Counted from the first letter of the stretch, positions 19,770-31,564 are shown. The stretch is 64,000 nucleotides of DNA from a bacterium (GCA_963555815.3 CAUVWX020000001.1:896001-960000), one strand, 5' to 3'. Program-made: numbers and translations. The notes: generated by a model from the sequence alone, not told the origin.

Positions 19770-20540
19770 GTGATCAGGAAGGTCTTTTTTGACTGCGACA
19801 GCACCCTGGTTTCTATAGAGGGCATTGTCCAGCTGGCCGAATGGCGGGGCCATGGGCGGGAAGTGGCCGCCCTCACGTCGATGGCCATGCGGGGTGAGGT
19901 CCCCATGGAGGATGTCTTCGAGAAACGCCTGGATCAAGTCCGACCGGATCGGGACCTTGTCCAGCGGCTGGGCCGGGCTTATGTTGAACATTTGGTCGAG
20001 GACGCCGCTCAGGTGATCCGGGCGCTCCATCACCTAAAGAAGGCCGTCTACATCGTTTCGGCCGGCTTCACCGAGGCCATTCGTCCGCTGGCCGAGCATC
20101 TGAGTGTGCCGCCCGAGCGGAGCTTCGGCGTCCCCCTTCAATGGACCGAGGGGGGCGAATGGTTGGGCTATGACCGGACGGCGCTTACGGCGAGGGCGGG
20201 CGGCAAGAGAGAGATCCTCCGGGCGCACGTCGAGGACCGGAGAGAGGCGGCCTTTGTGGGAGATGGGATGACTGACCTCGAGACCCAATCGGAGGTGGCA
20301 CTTTTCTTCGGCTACGGAGGTGTGGTTGAGCGGCCGGAGGTGGTGCAAAGGGCCCCTATTTATGTTCGTTGCCAAAGCCTCTCCCCCATCCTCTTCCTCA
20401 CCAGTTCGGACTCTGAGAAGGAGGCCTTGAACGATTCTCCCTTTTCAAGCCTCCTGGAGAAAGGGCAAAAACTCATCCAGGCGGGCTGGGTGCTCTTTCG
20501 GGACGGCGCCAAATCTCAGGAGGGCCTCTTCTCAAGATGA
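19770..20540 (+). CDS. serB: HAD-IB phosphatase, probable phosphoserine phosphatase
   Basis: FDCDSTL, AMRG, VGDGMTD; operon with serA. Confidence 0.75.
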   Translation: MIRKVFFDCDSTLVSIEGIVQLAEWRGHGREVAALTSMAMRGEVPMEDVFEKRLDQVRPDRDLVQRLGRAYVEHLVEDAAQVIRALHHLKKAVYIVSAGFTEAIRPLAEHLSVPPERSFGVPLQWTEGGEWLGYDRTALTARAGGKREILRAHVEDRREAAFVGDGMTDLETQSEVALFFGYGGVVERPEVVQRAPIYVRCQSLSPILFLTSSDSEKEALNDSPFSSLLEKGQKLIQAGWVLFRDGAKSQEGLFSR

Positions 20541-21595
20541 AGATTTTCCTTCCCGGTCCCACCGATGTGCGGCCCTCCATCCGCGAGGAGATGGCGCGTC
20601 CCCCCGTCGGCCACCGCAGCGAGGAATTTCGGGCCCTCCATCGGGAGATTCAGGGCCCCCTCAGGCGGCTTCTTCGGGTCGAAAGGCCCGTCTATCTCAT
20701 GACCTCATCGGCCACGGGTGTGATGGAGGCGGCCATCCGAAATTGTGTCCGGCGTCGCTCCCTTCACCTGATCTGCGGGGCCTTCGGGGAGAGGTGGTAC
20801 GAGATTGCCGTGGCCAACGGAAAGGAGACAAGGACCGTTCGGGTGGAGCCGGGGGAGGCCATCCAGCCCGGCCAAGTCCGGAAGGCGCTTAAAGAGGATG
20901 GGATTGACGCGGTGGCCCTAGTCCATAATGAGACGAGCACGGGCGTGATAAACCCCCTTCGGGAGATTGCCGCCGTGGTCCATGAGTTTCCGGGGGTCCT
21001 CTTGCTGGTGGACGCCGTCAGTTCTCTTGGGGCCGTTCCCATCCCGGTGGCCGACCTCCGCATCGACGTCTGCCTGGCTGGTGTTCAAAAGGCCCTGGCG
21101 CTCCCCCCCGGCGCTTCTGTCTGCGCCGTCTCGGAGGATGCCCTGGAGCGGGCGAAGACCATCCCTCACCGCGGCCTCTATTTCGATTTCTTTCAGTACG
21201 AAGAGAACGCGGCCCGGGACGAGACCCCTTTTACGCCCAGCATTCCCCACCTCTACGCCCTGAGACAGCAGCTTAAGGACATAGAGACGGAGGGTCTCGA
21301 GCGGCGCTACCGGCGCCACGCCGAGATGGCCCATCATGTGCAGGAGTGGGCCCGAAGCCGTTTTGACCTCCTGCCGGAGCCCGGGGTTGAATCCCCGACG
21401 GTGACGGCCGTGAAAGATACGCGGGGGGCTGACGTGGGGAAGTTGAGGCAAGCCCTGCGGGAGAAAGGGAAGCTCATTGCGTCGGGCTATGGCCCCTTTA
21501 AAACGAAGGGCTTTCGCATCGGACACATGGGAGACTTGACGCTGGAAGACGTCCAGGAATTGACGCGGGACATCGACGAGCTGCTGGAGGGCTGA
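20537..21595 (+). CDS. Class V PLP aminotransferase (alanine-glyoxylate type), probable phosphoserine aminotransferase role
   Basis: PGPT, HNETSTG, VDAVSS, QKALALPPG, FRIGHMG. Confidence 0.85.
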   Translation: MKIFLPGPTDVRPSIREEMARPPVGHRSEEFRALHREIQGPLRRLLRVERPVYLMTSSATGVMEAAIRNCVRRRSLHLICGAFGERWYEIAVANGKETRTVRVEPGEAIQPGQVRKALKEDGIDAVALVHNETSTGVINPLREIAAVVHEFPGVLLLVDAVSSLGAVPIPVADLRIDVCLAGVQKALALPPGASVCAVSEDALERAKTIPHRGLYFDFFQYEENAARDETPFTPSIPHLYALRQQLKDIETEGLERRYRRHAEMAHHVQEWARSRFDLLPEPGVESPTVTAVKDTRGADVGKLRQALREKGKLIASGYGPFKTKGFRIGHMGDLTLEDVQELTRDIDELLEG

Positions 21596-21596
21596 G

Positions 21597-23183
21597 ATGC
21601 GGGTTCTCGTATCCGATTCCATCCACCCCAAGGGACTGGGGGTTCTCAAGAAGGCAGGCCTCAAGGTGGACCTTCAGCCAGGTCTCTCCGAGGCCCGTCT
21701 CGTGAAGGTGATTCCCGCTTATGAGGCCCTCATTGTCCGAAGCCAGACGAAAGTCACGAAGCGGGTCATCCAGGCGGGGACCCGGCTCAAGGTGATCGGC
21801 CGGGCCGGGGTTGGCTTGGACAACATCGACGTGGGAGCGGCCACCCGGGCGGGCGTCGCCGTGATGAACGCGGCCTATGGGAACATCCGGTCAGCGGCCG
21901 AGCACACCATCGCCCTTCTTCTCGCCCTGTCCCGAAGGATCTCGGAGGCCGACCGGACGATGCGGGCCGGGCGCTGGGAGCGGCAGCGTCTCCAGGGCGC
22001 CGAGGTGGGGGGGAAGGTCCTTGGCCTTGTGGGGATTGGGAACGTCGGCTGCCAGGTGGCCAAGATGGCCCAAGGCCTTGGCATGAAGGTGCTGGCCCAC
22101 GACCCCTATGTGGCTCGCACGAGGGCACGAGAACTTGGCGTGGACCTAAAACCCCTTGCGAGCCTGTTCCGCCAGGCCGACTATGTGAGCCTCCACGTTC
22201 CCCTCACCGAGAAGACTCACAATATAATCGACGCCAAGGCCATCGCCCTCATGAAGCGCGATGTTCGCCTCATCAACACGGCCCGAGGAGGCCTCATTGA
22301 CGAGTCCGCGCTCTACAAAGCCTTGCGGGCCGGCAGGGTGGCCGGGGCGGCCCTCGACGTCTGGGGAAAGGAGCCCCCGGGGAAGCATCCCCTCCTATCT
22401 CTCGGGACTGTGGTGGGGACACCACATCTCGGGGCGGCCACGGAGGAGGCCCAGGCGGCCGTGGGCCAGGCCATCGCAGAGGAGGTTGTGGAAGTCCTTC
22501 GAACCGGACAATTCCGAAACGCGGTCAACGTTCCCTACGCGGGCCAGGATCCCTCAGGCCACGAGCCCTTCCATCGCCTCGCGACACTCCTGGGACGCCT
22601 TCAAGCCCAGCTGCTGAAGGGACAGGTCAGGGAAATGCAGATCTCTCTCGGGGCGCAACTGAAGGACCATAGTGCCTCGCTGGCGGCGGCGGCATTGGGC
22701 GGTCTCTTCAGTCACGTCCTCGAGGAGCCTGTCAACGTCATTAATGCCCCGCTTATTGCAGAGGAAAGGGGGATCGCCGTTGAGGTGAAGACGCGTTCCG
22801 CCCGAGATAAGGGTAGGGGAGAATCCTTTTTGGTCTCCATCGATGTCCGCTCCGAAAAGGGAAGGCGCCTGGTGGCGGGGACGGTATTCGGAGACAACAG
22901 CCCCCGCTTGGTGCGCCTGGACGGCATGCATCTGGAGGCCCCCCTCGAAGGCCGACTTCTCATCATGGAGAGTAAGGACGTCCCGGGGGTCATCGGGAGA
23001 GTGGGCTCCCTGCTCGGCCGTCACGGGATTAACATCGCTGAGTGGCGGCTTGGCCGGACGCGACCCCGGGGGCTCGCCCTCTCGACCATCCATGTGGACA
23101 ACGCCGTTCCCGCAGCCGTGATAAAGAAGATAGTTGGCCTGAACGAGATAAGGGAGATCTATCAGGTAGATCTCGGGGAGTGA
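21597..23183 (+). CDS. serA: D-3-phosphoglycerate dehydrogenase
   Basis: GRAGVGLDNID, INTARGGLIDE, TPHLGAATEEAQ, C-terminal ACT domain. Confidence 0.95.
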   Translation: MRVLVSDSIHPKGLGVLKKAGLKVDLQPGLSEARLVKVIPAYEALIVRSQTKVTKRVIQAGTRLKVIGRAGVGLDNIDVGAATRAGVAVMNAAYGNIRSAAEHTIALLLALSRRISEADRTMRAGRWERQRLQGAEVGGKVLGLVGIGNVGCQVAKMAQGLGMKVLAHDPYVARTRARELGVDLKPLASLFRQADYVSLHVPLTEKTHNIIDAKAIALMKRDVRLINTARGGLIDESALYKALRAGRVAGAALDVWGKEPPGKHPLLSLGTVVGTPHLGAATEEAQAAVGQAIAEEVVEVLRTGQFRNAVNVPYAGQDPSGHEPFHRLATLLGRLQAQLLKGQVREMQISLGAQLKDHSASLAAAALGGLFSHVLEEPVNVINAPLIAEERGIAVEVKTRSARDKGRGESFLVSIDVRSEKGRRLVAGTVFGDNSPRLVRLDGMHLEAPLEGRLLIMESKDVPGVIGRVGSLLGRHGINIAEWRLGRTRPRGLALSTIHVDNAVPAAVIKKIVGLNEIREIYQVDLGE

Positions 23184-23378
23184 GATTCGCGCACGCTCTC
23201 ACGTCCCTTTCGATGATTCCTTGACAATGAAAAGAAGAACTGAAAAAATGATTTTTATTCAACATTCTTCTGGACAGAGAAGAGACGGGGCATGTACAGG
23301 TAGAGGGGGTCTTTGGTTTGACCTGAGTGTCTGTATTTGGCAAGCCTCGAGATCTTTGTCAGGGAAGGAGAATTGGGG

Positions 23379-24641
23379 ATGAAAGGGCGACCAAGGGGCG
23401 TCACGAGGCGAGAATTCCTGAAGAAGTCCGGCGTTGCGGTGGCAGCGGCGGGGGCGGCCCAGCTCGCGCCAGTCGTTTACACCCACGCGGCCTCGCCCAT
23501 TAAGGTGGGGCTGACGGCTGAGCTCACGGGAGTTCTGGCGGAGTTTGGATATTGGATTAGCAACGGCGCCAAGGCGGCCGCGAAACTAATCAACGAGAAT
23601 GGAGGCATCGCGGGCCGTGAAGTGGTCCTCATCGTGGAGGACACGGAGTCCAAGCCCCCGAGCGGTGTGCGAAAGACTCGAAAGCTCATTCAGCGGAATA
23701 AGGTGGACTTCGTCATCGGTTCCCACCACAGCGGAATCTGCCTGGCGACCAACCTGATCTATGCCGAGCAAAAGACGGTAGGCTTCCCTAACGGAGCCGC
23801 CACTTCCATTATGGGCGCCAAGGGGAACCCCTTTGTCTTTCGCATGAACCAGAGCGTCCTACACGAGGTCTTCTCCGCCTCGGCGTGGGCCGTGGAGAAC
23901 CTGGGCAAGCAGTGGACACTCTTGGGGCTGGATTACGCCTGGGGCCAGGACCAGGTGAACCGGTGGGCCGAGCGGGTCGAGCTCCTGGGCGGCAAGGCCC
24001 TCGACAGAATCATGATCCCCCTGGGAACCGATAACATGATCCCTTATCTCAGCCGGATCAATCAAGGCGAGACAGAGGTCATCTTCCACGCCTTCCTCAG
24101 CGCGAGCGCGGCCTCCTTCGTCCAGCAAGCCGGGGACCTGGGCATCCTGGAGAAGTTCAGGTTCCTCGGCGTCTATGACAGCGTTGAGGGGCTGGACCTG
24201 AGCCCTTTCGAGGGGAACTTCTTCCACAGCCCCTTTGTTCAGCGTCTCGAGGAGGTGCCGGAGGACCTCAGACCTTTCGACGCGGCCTTTAGGGAGGCCA
24301 TCGGGGTGGATGAGGAGGGGATGGACCTCAAGCGGAGGCGTATCTCAGGCCACGCCCATAACGTGCTGGGCTGGGAGAATCTTTATCTTCTCAAGAACGC
24401 CGTGGAGGCGACGGGCTATAGGAAAAAGAAGGACATGGTGGACATCATCAAGTTCCTTCAGGGGCACGAGACGAAGGGCAGTTTTGAGTTCCCCCACGGT
24501 GGGAAGCTCATCCGGGACGTAGACCATCAGGCCTTCATGGACATCTACATTCAGCAGGTTGTGAATGGGAGATTTAAACTCGCGGGCAGGGTGCCCAAGG
24601 AGGCCGGGATGTACCCGCCTCAGGGCAACTTGAAGATATGA
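23379..24641 (+). CDS. Tat-exported branched-chain-type ABC substrate-binding protein
   Basis: TRREFLK Tat motif; INENGGIAGREV..EDTES, DYAWG. Confidence 0.88.
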   Translation: MKGRPRGVTRREFLKKSGVAVAAAGAAQLAPVVYTHAASPIKVGLTAELTGVLAEFGYWISNGAKAAAKLINENGGIAGREVVLIVEDTESKPPSGVRKTRKLIQRNKVDFVIGSHHSGICLATNLIYAEQKTVGFPNGAATSIMGAKGNPFVFRMNQSVLHEVFSASAWAVENLGKQWTLLGLDYAWGQDQVNRWAERVELLGGKALDRIMIPLGTDNMIPYLSRINQGETEVIFHAFLSASAASFVQQAGDLGILEKFRFLGVYDSVEGLDLSPFEGNFFHSPFVQRLEEVPEDLRPFDAAFREAIGVDEEGMDLKRRRISGHAHNVLGWENLYLLKNAVEATGYRKKKDMVDIIKFLQGHETKGSFEFPHGGKLIRDVDHQAFMDIYIQQVVNGRFKLAGRVPKEAGMYPPQGNLKI

Positions 24642-24736
24642 GCTAGCAAGCTGATCGGGCCTTTTTTATTAGCGGCTGAGGCGAGTTCGCGGGATCTGAT
24701 TTCTCCCGCGGACTTTTTTTGAGGTCTGGACTTCTT

Positions 24737-25435
24737 TCAACCGCCGCCGACTCCAAGGTACCCTCCGATAGTCTTCTCGCTCGTCTCGCAGACGATTTCC
24801 TCGTGGACAATGGAACCCTTTTCCATGGCGTAGATCCGGTCGCAGGCGGCAAGGACCGTGGCCAGACTCTGCTCCACCAGGAGGATACCCATTCCGCTTT
24901 CTCGCAGGTCGCGAATGGTGTTCTCCACCGTCTCCACCGCCGATGGCATCAGGCCTTCGGTGGGCTCGTCCAGGAGCATTAACCGGGGTTTTTTGACGAA
25001 GGCCCTGGCCATGGTCAGCATCTGACGTTCCCCCCCGCTCAGGGTGCCCGCCAACTGGTCCATCCGCTCCTGCAGCTTTGGGAAATAAGTGAAGACCTCG
25101 GTCAGCACTTCCGGGTCCAGATCGCCATTCAAGGAGGCGATCCGCAAGTTGTCCCGGACCGTGAACTCGGCAAAGACGGCCCGTTCTTGGGCGACATAAC
25201 CAATGCCCAGATGTGGGAGCTTGTGGGGGGAGACGCGTAAGATGTCCTGGCCCCCGTACCGGATGGCGCCTGAGCGGTCCGGCACCTGTCCCATGATCGT
25301 CCGAAGGAGGGTGGTCTTCCCCACACCGTTTCGCCCCACCAAGCCGACGCTTTCCCCCTCCTTCACTTCCAGGGAAACATCCCAGAGGATGTGACTTTTC
25401 CGATAGAAGGCGTTCAGCCCTTCCAGGCGCAGCAT
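24737..25435 (-). CDS. livF: Branched-chain-type ABC ATPase (LivF-like)
   Basis: GRNGVGKTT, LSGGERQML, LLDEPTEGL. Confidence 0.88.
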   Translation of the reverse strand: MLRLEGLNAFYRKSHILWDVSLEVKEGESVGLVGRNGVGKTTLLRTIMGQVPDRSGAIRYGGQDILRVSPHKLPHLGIGYVAQERAVFAEFTVRDNLRIASLNGDLDPEVLTEVFTYFPKLQERMDQLAGTLSGGERQMLTMARAFVKKPRLMLLDEPTEGLMPSAVETVENTIRDLRESGMGILLVEQSLATVLAACDRIYAMEKGSIVHEEIVCETSEKTIGGYLGVGGG

Positions 25436-25436
25436 C

Positions 25437-26195
25437 TCACACCCCTCGGGTGAGGTAGACGCGGCGGACCTCCGCGTCTGCCTGGATCTCATCAGGGGTC
25501 CCCTCGGCAAGCATCTTCCCATGGTGAAGGACCGAGATCCTTTCGGCCAGGGTCATGATGACCTTCATGTCGTGCTCCACGATCATGATGGTCCGGGTTT
25601 CGGCGAGCCTCTGAATCTTGTCTGTCATGGCGTGGGTCGAGGCTGCATCCAGTCCCGCAGTCGGCTCATCCAGAAGCAACATCTCCGGGTCGGAGCCCAG
25701 GGCGATCCCGATGTCCACCAGCTTCTGCTCTCCATGGGAGAGCTCCGAGACCAGCACATTTGCCCGACCCCCGATCCCCAAAAGCTCCAGGGTCTCCTGG
25801 GCCTGTTCCCAGGTGTCCCGCAAGCTGTGGAGACTTCTGAAAGGGTGCGGCGGACCTTTTCGCCCCTGAATCGCCGACTGGACGTTATCGAGGGCCGTTA
25901 GATTTGGGAAGATGCTCGTGACCTGAAAGGTACGTCCGATCCCCTTCTTGACGATCCGATCAGGGGGAAAGGCGGTGATGTCTTCTCCGTTGAAGTAGAT
26001 CTTGCCTGCGGTGGGAGTCAGTCCTCCGCTCACTAGGTTAAAAAAGGTGGTTTTGCCAGCTCCGTTCGGCCCGATGATGGCCCGCAACTCACTCCGGCGG
26101 ACCTCGATATCAATCCCGTCCACCGCGGCCAGGCCTCCGAAGTGTTTTGCAAGACCCTCCACTCTCAGGAGGATGGCGTCCTCAGGGCTTTGCAA
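25437..26195 (-). CDS. livG: Branched-chain-type ABC ATPase (LivG-like)
   Basis: GPNGAGKTT, LSHGEQK, LLDEPTAG, VEHDM; TTG start at 26195 inferred. Confidence 0.88.
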   Translation of the reverse strand: MQSPEDAILLRVEGLAKHFGGLAAVDGIDIEVRRSELRAIIGPNGAGKTTFFNLVSGGLTPTAGKIYFNGEDITAFPPDRIVKKGIGRTFQVTSIFPNLTALDNVQSAIQGRKGPPHPFRSLHSLRDTWEQAQETLELLGIGGRANVLVSELSHGEQKLVDIGIALGSDPEMLLLDEPTAGLDAASTHAMTDKIQRLAETRTIMIVEHDMKVIMTLAERISVLHHGKMLAEGTPDEIQADAEVRRVYLTRGV

Positions 26196-27204
26196 CAGTG
26201 GAAGCCCTCCCCTCCTCCTTGTGACGTCTTTCCCGGAGATGGGTGAAAATTTCTTTTGCCGTTCCCACCAAGCCACGGGGGGCGAACATCACGACGACGA
26301 TAATAATGGCCCCTAGAAAGATGAGGTATGTAAAGGCCCACTGGCTGCTCAGCAGCTCTTTCAAGTAGAGCAAGATCCCGGCCCCCAGCATGGGGCCAAA
26401 GAGGGTCCCCGCCCCGCCGAAGAGGGTCCAGACAACGGCCTCTGCAGAAATGGTCCACTGGAAGAAGTCGGCGCTGGCGAAGCCCAAGAAGAGGGCGTAG
26501 AGGATGCCCGATACCCCGGCGAAAATCCCCGAGATGGAAAAGGAGATGAGCTTGTAGCGGTCTGCGTTATAGCCCACGAAGCGGGCCCGGGTTTCATTTT
26601 CCCGGATGAGCTCAAAGACCCGTCCCAGAGGAGAGCGGAGGATGCGCCGGCAGAGGAAAAAGGACAGGGCCACGAAGAAGAGGGTGAAATAGTACCTCGT
26701 CAACGGATGGACCAGATCCAGTGCTAGAGGGCCTAGAGTCAGGACTGGCCGGGTGAAAGTGAGGCCGTCGTCCCCTCCGGTCACGGACCTCCAGGCGAAG
26801 GCGATAAGGGTCATGACAGTTGCGAAGACCACCGTCACGATGATGAACCCGTGGCCCCGGATCTTGACGGAGAAGTACCCGACGATGACCGCGGAGATAG
26901 CCGAGACCAAGAGCCCAATCCCCATAGCGGGCCAGAGGCCCACTTGCCAGTGCAGGATCGGGAGGGTCACTCCGTAGATACCGACTCCAAAGAAGACCGA
27001 GTGACCCAGACTGAGGAGCCCTGTATACCCGTAGAGAAAATCGAAGGAGAGGGCCAGCAGCCCCCAAATGAGGATCTCCATCAGGAATTCAACCCCAAAC
27101 CCCCCCAGTCCAAAGGGCAAAACGGCGAGAACCGCGAGAACGAGGAGTAAGAAAAGGGCCGCGCGGACTGAGTTTGGGCTTCGAAGCGTGGATTGGGCCA
27201 TCAC
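26182..27204 (-). CDS. livM: Branched-chain-type ABC permease (LivM-like)
   Basis: GYTGLLSLGH, TGGDDG, IRENE. Confidence 0.88.
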   Translation of the reverse strand: MMAQSTLRSPNSVRAALFLLLVLAVLAVLPFGLGGFGVEFLMEILIWGLLALSFDFLYGYTGLLSLGHSVFFGVGIYGVTLPILHWQVGLWPAMGIGLLVSAISAVIVGYFSVKIRGHGFIIVTVVFATVMTLIAFAWRSVTGGDDGLTFTRPVLTLGPLALDLVHPLTRYYFTLFFVALSFFLCRRILRSPLGRVFELIRENETRARFVGYNADRYKLISFSISGIFAGVSGILYALFLGFASADFFQWTISAEAVVWTLFGGAGTLFGPMLGAGILLYLKELLSSQWAFTYLIFLGAIIIVVVMFAPRGLVGTAKEIFTHLRERRHKEEGRASTVAKP

Positions 27205-28076
27205 CGCGTCCTACTAAGGAGCCCGTTCGGCCGGAAGAATAGGAAGGCGGTCACAAAAAGGAGGGCGATGACCCGGGCCCATGTCGGGTTGACGATGAGG
27301 GCGCTCAGACTCTCCACCTCCCCGAAGATGAGGCCGGCGACCACCGCTCCTAAAAGGTCTCCCAACCCTCCCACGATGACGACAATGAAGGCCACGATGA
27401 GGATGTTCAGCCCCATCTGATAGCTGACGGAGACGATGGGCGCTGCCAACGCCCCGGACAGGCCTGCCAGGGCACCCCCCAAGCCGAAGGCGAAGGTGTT
27501 CACCCTGCGCACCGGGATCCCGTCCGCCAAAGCGAGGTCCTTGTTCTGACGGACGGCGCGCACCCGAAGTCCGTATTTCGTCTTTTGAAGAAAGGCCCAA
27601 AGCCCAATCGCGATGGAGATGGAGATGGCCATCACGAAGATGCGGTAATAAGGATACTGGTAAGTGAGCAGGGTAAATCCGCCCGTGATCGCCGCCTTGA
27701 CGCTGATGGCCTGGCCTCCGACCCAGCCGAGGACCAGATTCTCGAAGATCAGCATCAGCCCGAAGGTCGAAAGGATGGTCATGACGGGCTGATTTTCAAT
27801 GGGCCTGAGGATGGCCATCTCCGTGACGACCGCCAACGCACCCACAGCCAAGGGGGCCAAGATGAGGCCCAGCCAGAAATTCCCCGCATCCCCCGTTATC
27901 CCTTGGACGAAGAACCAGCCGAAAACCGCCCCTAGCATATAGAGGGCGCCGTGGGCCACGTTGATGATGAGGAGGATGCCGAAGATCAGGCTGAGGCCGA
28001 AGGCGATGAGGGCATAGAGCCAGCCGAAGACAAATCCGTCCAGGCTATGTAGAAGAATACGCGAGAGAATTTCCAT
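27201..28076 (-). CDS. livH: Branched-chain-type ABC permease (LivH-like)
   Basis: GLSLIFG..INVAHG, VIVGGLG, RPNGL. Confidence 0.88.
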   Translation of the reverse strand: MEILSRILLHSLDGFVFGWLYALIAFGLSLIFGILLIINVAHGALYMLGAVFGWFFVQGITGDAGNFWLGLILAPLAVGALAVVTEMAILRPIENQPVMTILSTFGLMLIFENLVLGWVGGQAISVKAAITGGFTLLTYQYPYYRIFVMAISISIAIGLWAFLQKTKYGLRVRAVRQNKDLALADGIPVRRVNTFAFGLGGALAGLSGALAAPIVSVSYQMGLNILIVAFIVVIVGGLGDLLGAVVAGLIFGEVESLSALIVNPTWARVIALLFVTAFLFFRPNGLLSRTR

Positions 28077-28312
28077 TCCCCTGCTCCTCTTTTCAAAGCA
28101 TTTTTAGAATATTGGCAGAGGGACCCCCCCCGGGTCAACTTAGATTTCGGTGTGGACATTCTAACCTGTTGGTATTCGTGGGAGTTTCAAGCGTTTCCGG
28201 AAAAACGAGTGCCCACCCTGCGCCAGAGCGGGGCCCTCAGTTTAGGATCCTAGAGGATGACGAAAAGAATGCGATTGGCGGGGAGAAAGCCAGACAGGAC
28301 GAAGATCTCGGC

Positions 28313-31300
28313 TTAGGCCGTTCCCTGCAGTCTGGCCTGTTCCTTGAGGAAGGCCTGGAGGTATTGAGGGACGAGGGGGCGCTCCTTGAGGCGCTGGATC
28401 CCGCGCACCAGGGCCGAGGCACCTGCTATGGTCGTCGTGTAAGGAATTCCGAGGTCGACGGCGGCCCGGCGAACCCAGTACGCGTCTCTGACGGTGCTCC
28501 GCCCGAGGCTCGTGTTGATGACGATCTGGACATCGCCGTTGATCATCCGGTCCACAATGTTCGGTCCTCCCTCCCGGACCTTGAGGATCCGCTCCACCGG
28601 AAGGCCGACCGCCCTGATGGCTCCCGCGGTCCCCTTCGTCGCAAGGATGGAGAAACCCATCCGGTGGAGCTCCTCGGCGAGGGCGACCAGGGCTGGTTTG
28701 TCCTCATTCCTGACGCTTAGAAAGGCCCGTCCCGAATGCGGAAGCGCCATCCCGGCCCCGAGCTGCGCCTTGACGTAGGCCGTTGGGAAGTCCAGATCCA
28801 CGCCCATCACCTCTCCGGTGGACTTCATCTCCGGGCCGAGGAGGGTATCCACGTCACGGAAGCGGCGGAAGGGCATGACAGCCTCCTTGACAGCCACGTG
28901 CTTAACCTCCGGGTCCGCCGTCAAACCGCTCTCCGCAAGAGGGATGCCCATCATGGCCCGGGTCGCCAGTTGGGCCACCAGGAGTCCGACGGTCTTGCTC
29001 ACGAAGGGCACGGTCCTGGAGGCCCGGGCGTTGACCTCGAGCACGTACACTTGGCCGTCCTTTACGGCGAATTGCATGTTCATCAGGCCGACGATGCCCA
29101 GGGCCCGGCTGAGTGTCCGCACCAAGTCCTTAACGGTCTCGACGATGTCTGGGGACACGCTATGCGGTGGAAGGGCGGCTGCCGAATCTCCGGAATGGAC
29201 ACCGGCCTCCTCGATGAGCTCCATCACCCCGACGACAATCGTGGATTCCCCGTCAGAGATGGCGTCGGCCTCCAGCTCAATGGCCGCCTCCAGGAAACGG
29301 TCGATGAGGACGGCCCTTCCAGCTCCCGCGCGCCAGGCCTCTTGTAGGTACGCGAGGAGCTCATCTTCTTCATAGACAATCCGCATGGCCCGCCCGCCCA
29401 GGACGTAGGAGGGTCGCACGATGAGGGGATAGCCAATCGCCTTCGCCAGTGCGATGGCCTCCTCGACCGTCAGGGCCGCCCCGCTCTCGGGCTGCAGAAG
29501 TCCCATGGACTCCATCCAGACTTGGAAGCGGCCGCGGTCCTCCGTCAGGTCAATGACTTCGGGCGGGGTGCCCAGGATGGGGATTCCCGCCTCCGCCAAA
29601 GCCCCCGCCAGTTTTAACGCCGTCTGGCCTCCGAACTGAACGATGACGCCCTCGGGCCGTTCCGCCTCTATGATGGGAAGAACGTCCTCGATGGTGATGG
29701 GCTCGAAATAGAGATGATCGGAGACGTCGTAGTCGGTGCTCACGGTCGAGGGGTTGGAGTTGACCATGATGGAGCGCACGCCGAGTTTCTTCAGGGCAAG
29801 GGAGGCGTGAACGCAGCCGTGGTCGAACTCGAGGCCCTGGCCGATCCGGTTGGGCCCGCTCCCCAAGATGAGGATACTTCTATCATCCACGTCCCGGACC
29901 TCGGTTTCCTCCTCGTAGGAGGAGTAAAAGTAGGGCGTGATGGCCTCAAATTCGCCCGCGCAGGTGTCCACCCGCTTGAAGACCGGCCACACGTTCAGGC
30001 GTCGGCGCAGCTCTCGCACCTCCTTCTCATCCCGGTGTGAGAGACGACCGATGGTGGCGTCGGAGAGACCGCTGCGCTTGGCCTTTCTGAGAAGGTCCTC
30101 GTCGAGGGAGTCGGCAGAAAGAGAGATCTTCTTCTCCAGCATCACCATCTGGGCCACCTGGTCCACAAACCAGGGGTCGATTCTGGAGGCCTCGGCGCAC
30201 TCCTCTACGGAGAAGTCCTGCCGCAACGCCTCTGCCAGCCACCAGAGACGGTCAGGTGTTGCCTCAACCAGTTGGGATTCCAGGAAGCTCCGCCGTTCCT
30301 CCTCAGAAAGTCCGTCGGGGATATTTTCAGGCGGGAGGTCGAGGCCGTCCGTCCCGGTCTCCAGAGAGCGGACCGCCTTGCCCAACGCCTCCCGGAAAGT
30401 GCGGCCGATGGCCATCACCTCTCCAACGGATCGCATCTCCAGACCCAGGGTTTGTCTCGCGCCCGGAAACTTATCGAAGTTGAACCGCGGCATCTTGACA
30501 ACGACGTAGTCCAGGGCCGGCTCGAAGCAAGCGGGGGTCTCGCCGGTCACCTCGTTGCGGATCTCGTTCAACGTCCATCCCACGGCGAGGCGGGCTGCGA
30601 TCTTGGCGATGGGAAAACCCGTAGCTTTTGAGGCAAGGGCCGAACTGCGGGAGACGCGTGGGTTCATCTCGATGACCCTCAGATCCCCGTTCCGCGGATT
30701 GATGGCGAACTGGATGTTGGAACCTCCGGTTTCGACGCCGACCGCGCGGATGAGGGCGAGGGACCCGTCCCGGAGGCTCTGCAGTTCGCGGTCCGTCAGG
30801 GTCTGGGCGGGTGCGACGGTGATGCTGTCTCCCGTGTGGATGCCCATGGGGTCGAAATTCTCAATGGTGCAGATGATGGAGGCGTTGTCGGCGCTGTCGC
30901 GCATCACCTCCAGCTCGAACTCCTTCCAGCCCAGGAGGGACTCCTCGATGAGGATTTCGTGGCGCGGGCTCTCCCGGAGGCCGCGTTGGACCGCATCATG
31001 GAACTCCTCCCGGTTGTAGGCCACCCCGCCGCCTGTCCCTCCGAGCGTGAAGGAGGGCCGGATGATGAGCGGATAACCGAGGGTTTCCCCGACGGCGTGG
31101 GCCTCCGCCTCGCTCCGCGCATAGCCGCTGGCGGGGACCTGAAGCCCGATGGACTCTACACACTTTTTAAAGAGAGAGCGGTCCTCCGCCCGTTCGATGA
31201 CATCGCGCTTCGCGCCGACCATCTCAATCTTCAGGCGATCGAGGACCCCCTCGCGCGCCAGATCCGCGCCCAGGTTGAGACCGGTCTGCCCCCCCATCGT

Positions 31301-31564
31301 CGGCAGGAGCACGTCGGGCCGCTCGATCTCCAGGATACGGGTGACGGTTTCCAAGGTCAGCGGCTCCACATAGGTGCGTGTGGCCACGTCGGGGTCCGTC
31401 ATGATAGTGGCCGGGTTGCTGTTGACCAACGTGACCTCGTAGCCATCCGCTTTGAGGGCGCGGCAGGCCTGGCTGCCTGAGTAGTCGAACTCGCACCCCT
31501 GGCCGATAACGATGGGCCCCGAGCCGATGATGAAGATGTGATGGATGTCTGTCCTGGGTGGCAC
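28313..31564 (-). CDS. carB: Carbamoyl-phosphate synthase large subunit
   Basis: [45 protein letters not shown] domain. Confidence 0.98.
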   Translation of the reverse strand: MPPRTDIHHIFIIGSGPIVIGQGCEFDYSGSQACRALKADGYEVTLVNSNPATIMTDPDVATRTYVEPLTLETVTRILEIERPDVLLPTMGGQTGLNLGADLAREGVLDRLKIEMVGAKRDVIERAEDRSLFKKCVESIGLQVPASGYARSEAEAHAVGETLGYPLIIRPSFTLGGTGGGVAYNREEFHDAVQRGLRESPRHEILIEESLLGWKEFELEVMRDSADNASIICTIENFDPMGIHTGDSITVAPAQTLTDRELQSLRDGSLALIRAVGVETGGSNIQFAINPRNGDLRVIEMNPRVSRSSALASKATGFPIAKIAARLAVGWTLNEIRNEVTGETPACFEPALDYVVVKMPRFNFDKFPGARQTLGLEMRSVGEVMAIGRTFREALGKAVRSLETGTDGLDLPPENIPDGLSEEERRSFLESQLVEATPDRLWWLAEALRQDFSVEECAEASRIDPWFVDQVAQMVMLEKKISLSADSLDEDLLRKAKRSGLSDATIGRLSHRDEKEVRELRRRLNVWPVFKRVDTCAGEFEAITPYFYSSYEEETEVRDVDDRSILILGSGPNRIGQGLEFDHGCVHASLALKKLGVRSIMVNSNPSTVSTDYDVSDHLYFEPITIEDVLPIIEAERPEGVIVQFGGQTALKLAGALAEAGIPILGTPPEVIDLTEDRGRFQVWMESMGLLQPESGAALTVEEAIALAKAIGYPLIVRPSYVLGGRAMRIVYEEDELLAYLQEAWRAGAGRAVLIDRFLEAAIELEADAISDGESTIVVGVMELIEEAGVHSGDSAAALPPHSVSPDIVETVKDLVRTLSRALGIVGLMNMQFAVKDGQVYVLEVNARASRTVPFVSKTVGLLVAQLATRAMMGIPLAESGLTADPEVKHVAVKEAVMPFRRFRDVDTLLGPEMKSTGEVMGVDLDFPTAYVKAQLGAGMALPHSGRAFLSVRNEDKPALVALAEELHRMGFSILATKGTAGAIRAVGLPVERILKVREGGPNIVDRMINGDVQIVINTSLGRSTVRDAYWVRRAAVDLGIPYTTTIAGASALVRGIQRLKERPLVPQYLQAFLKEQARLQGTA

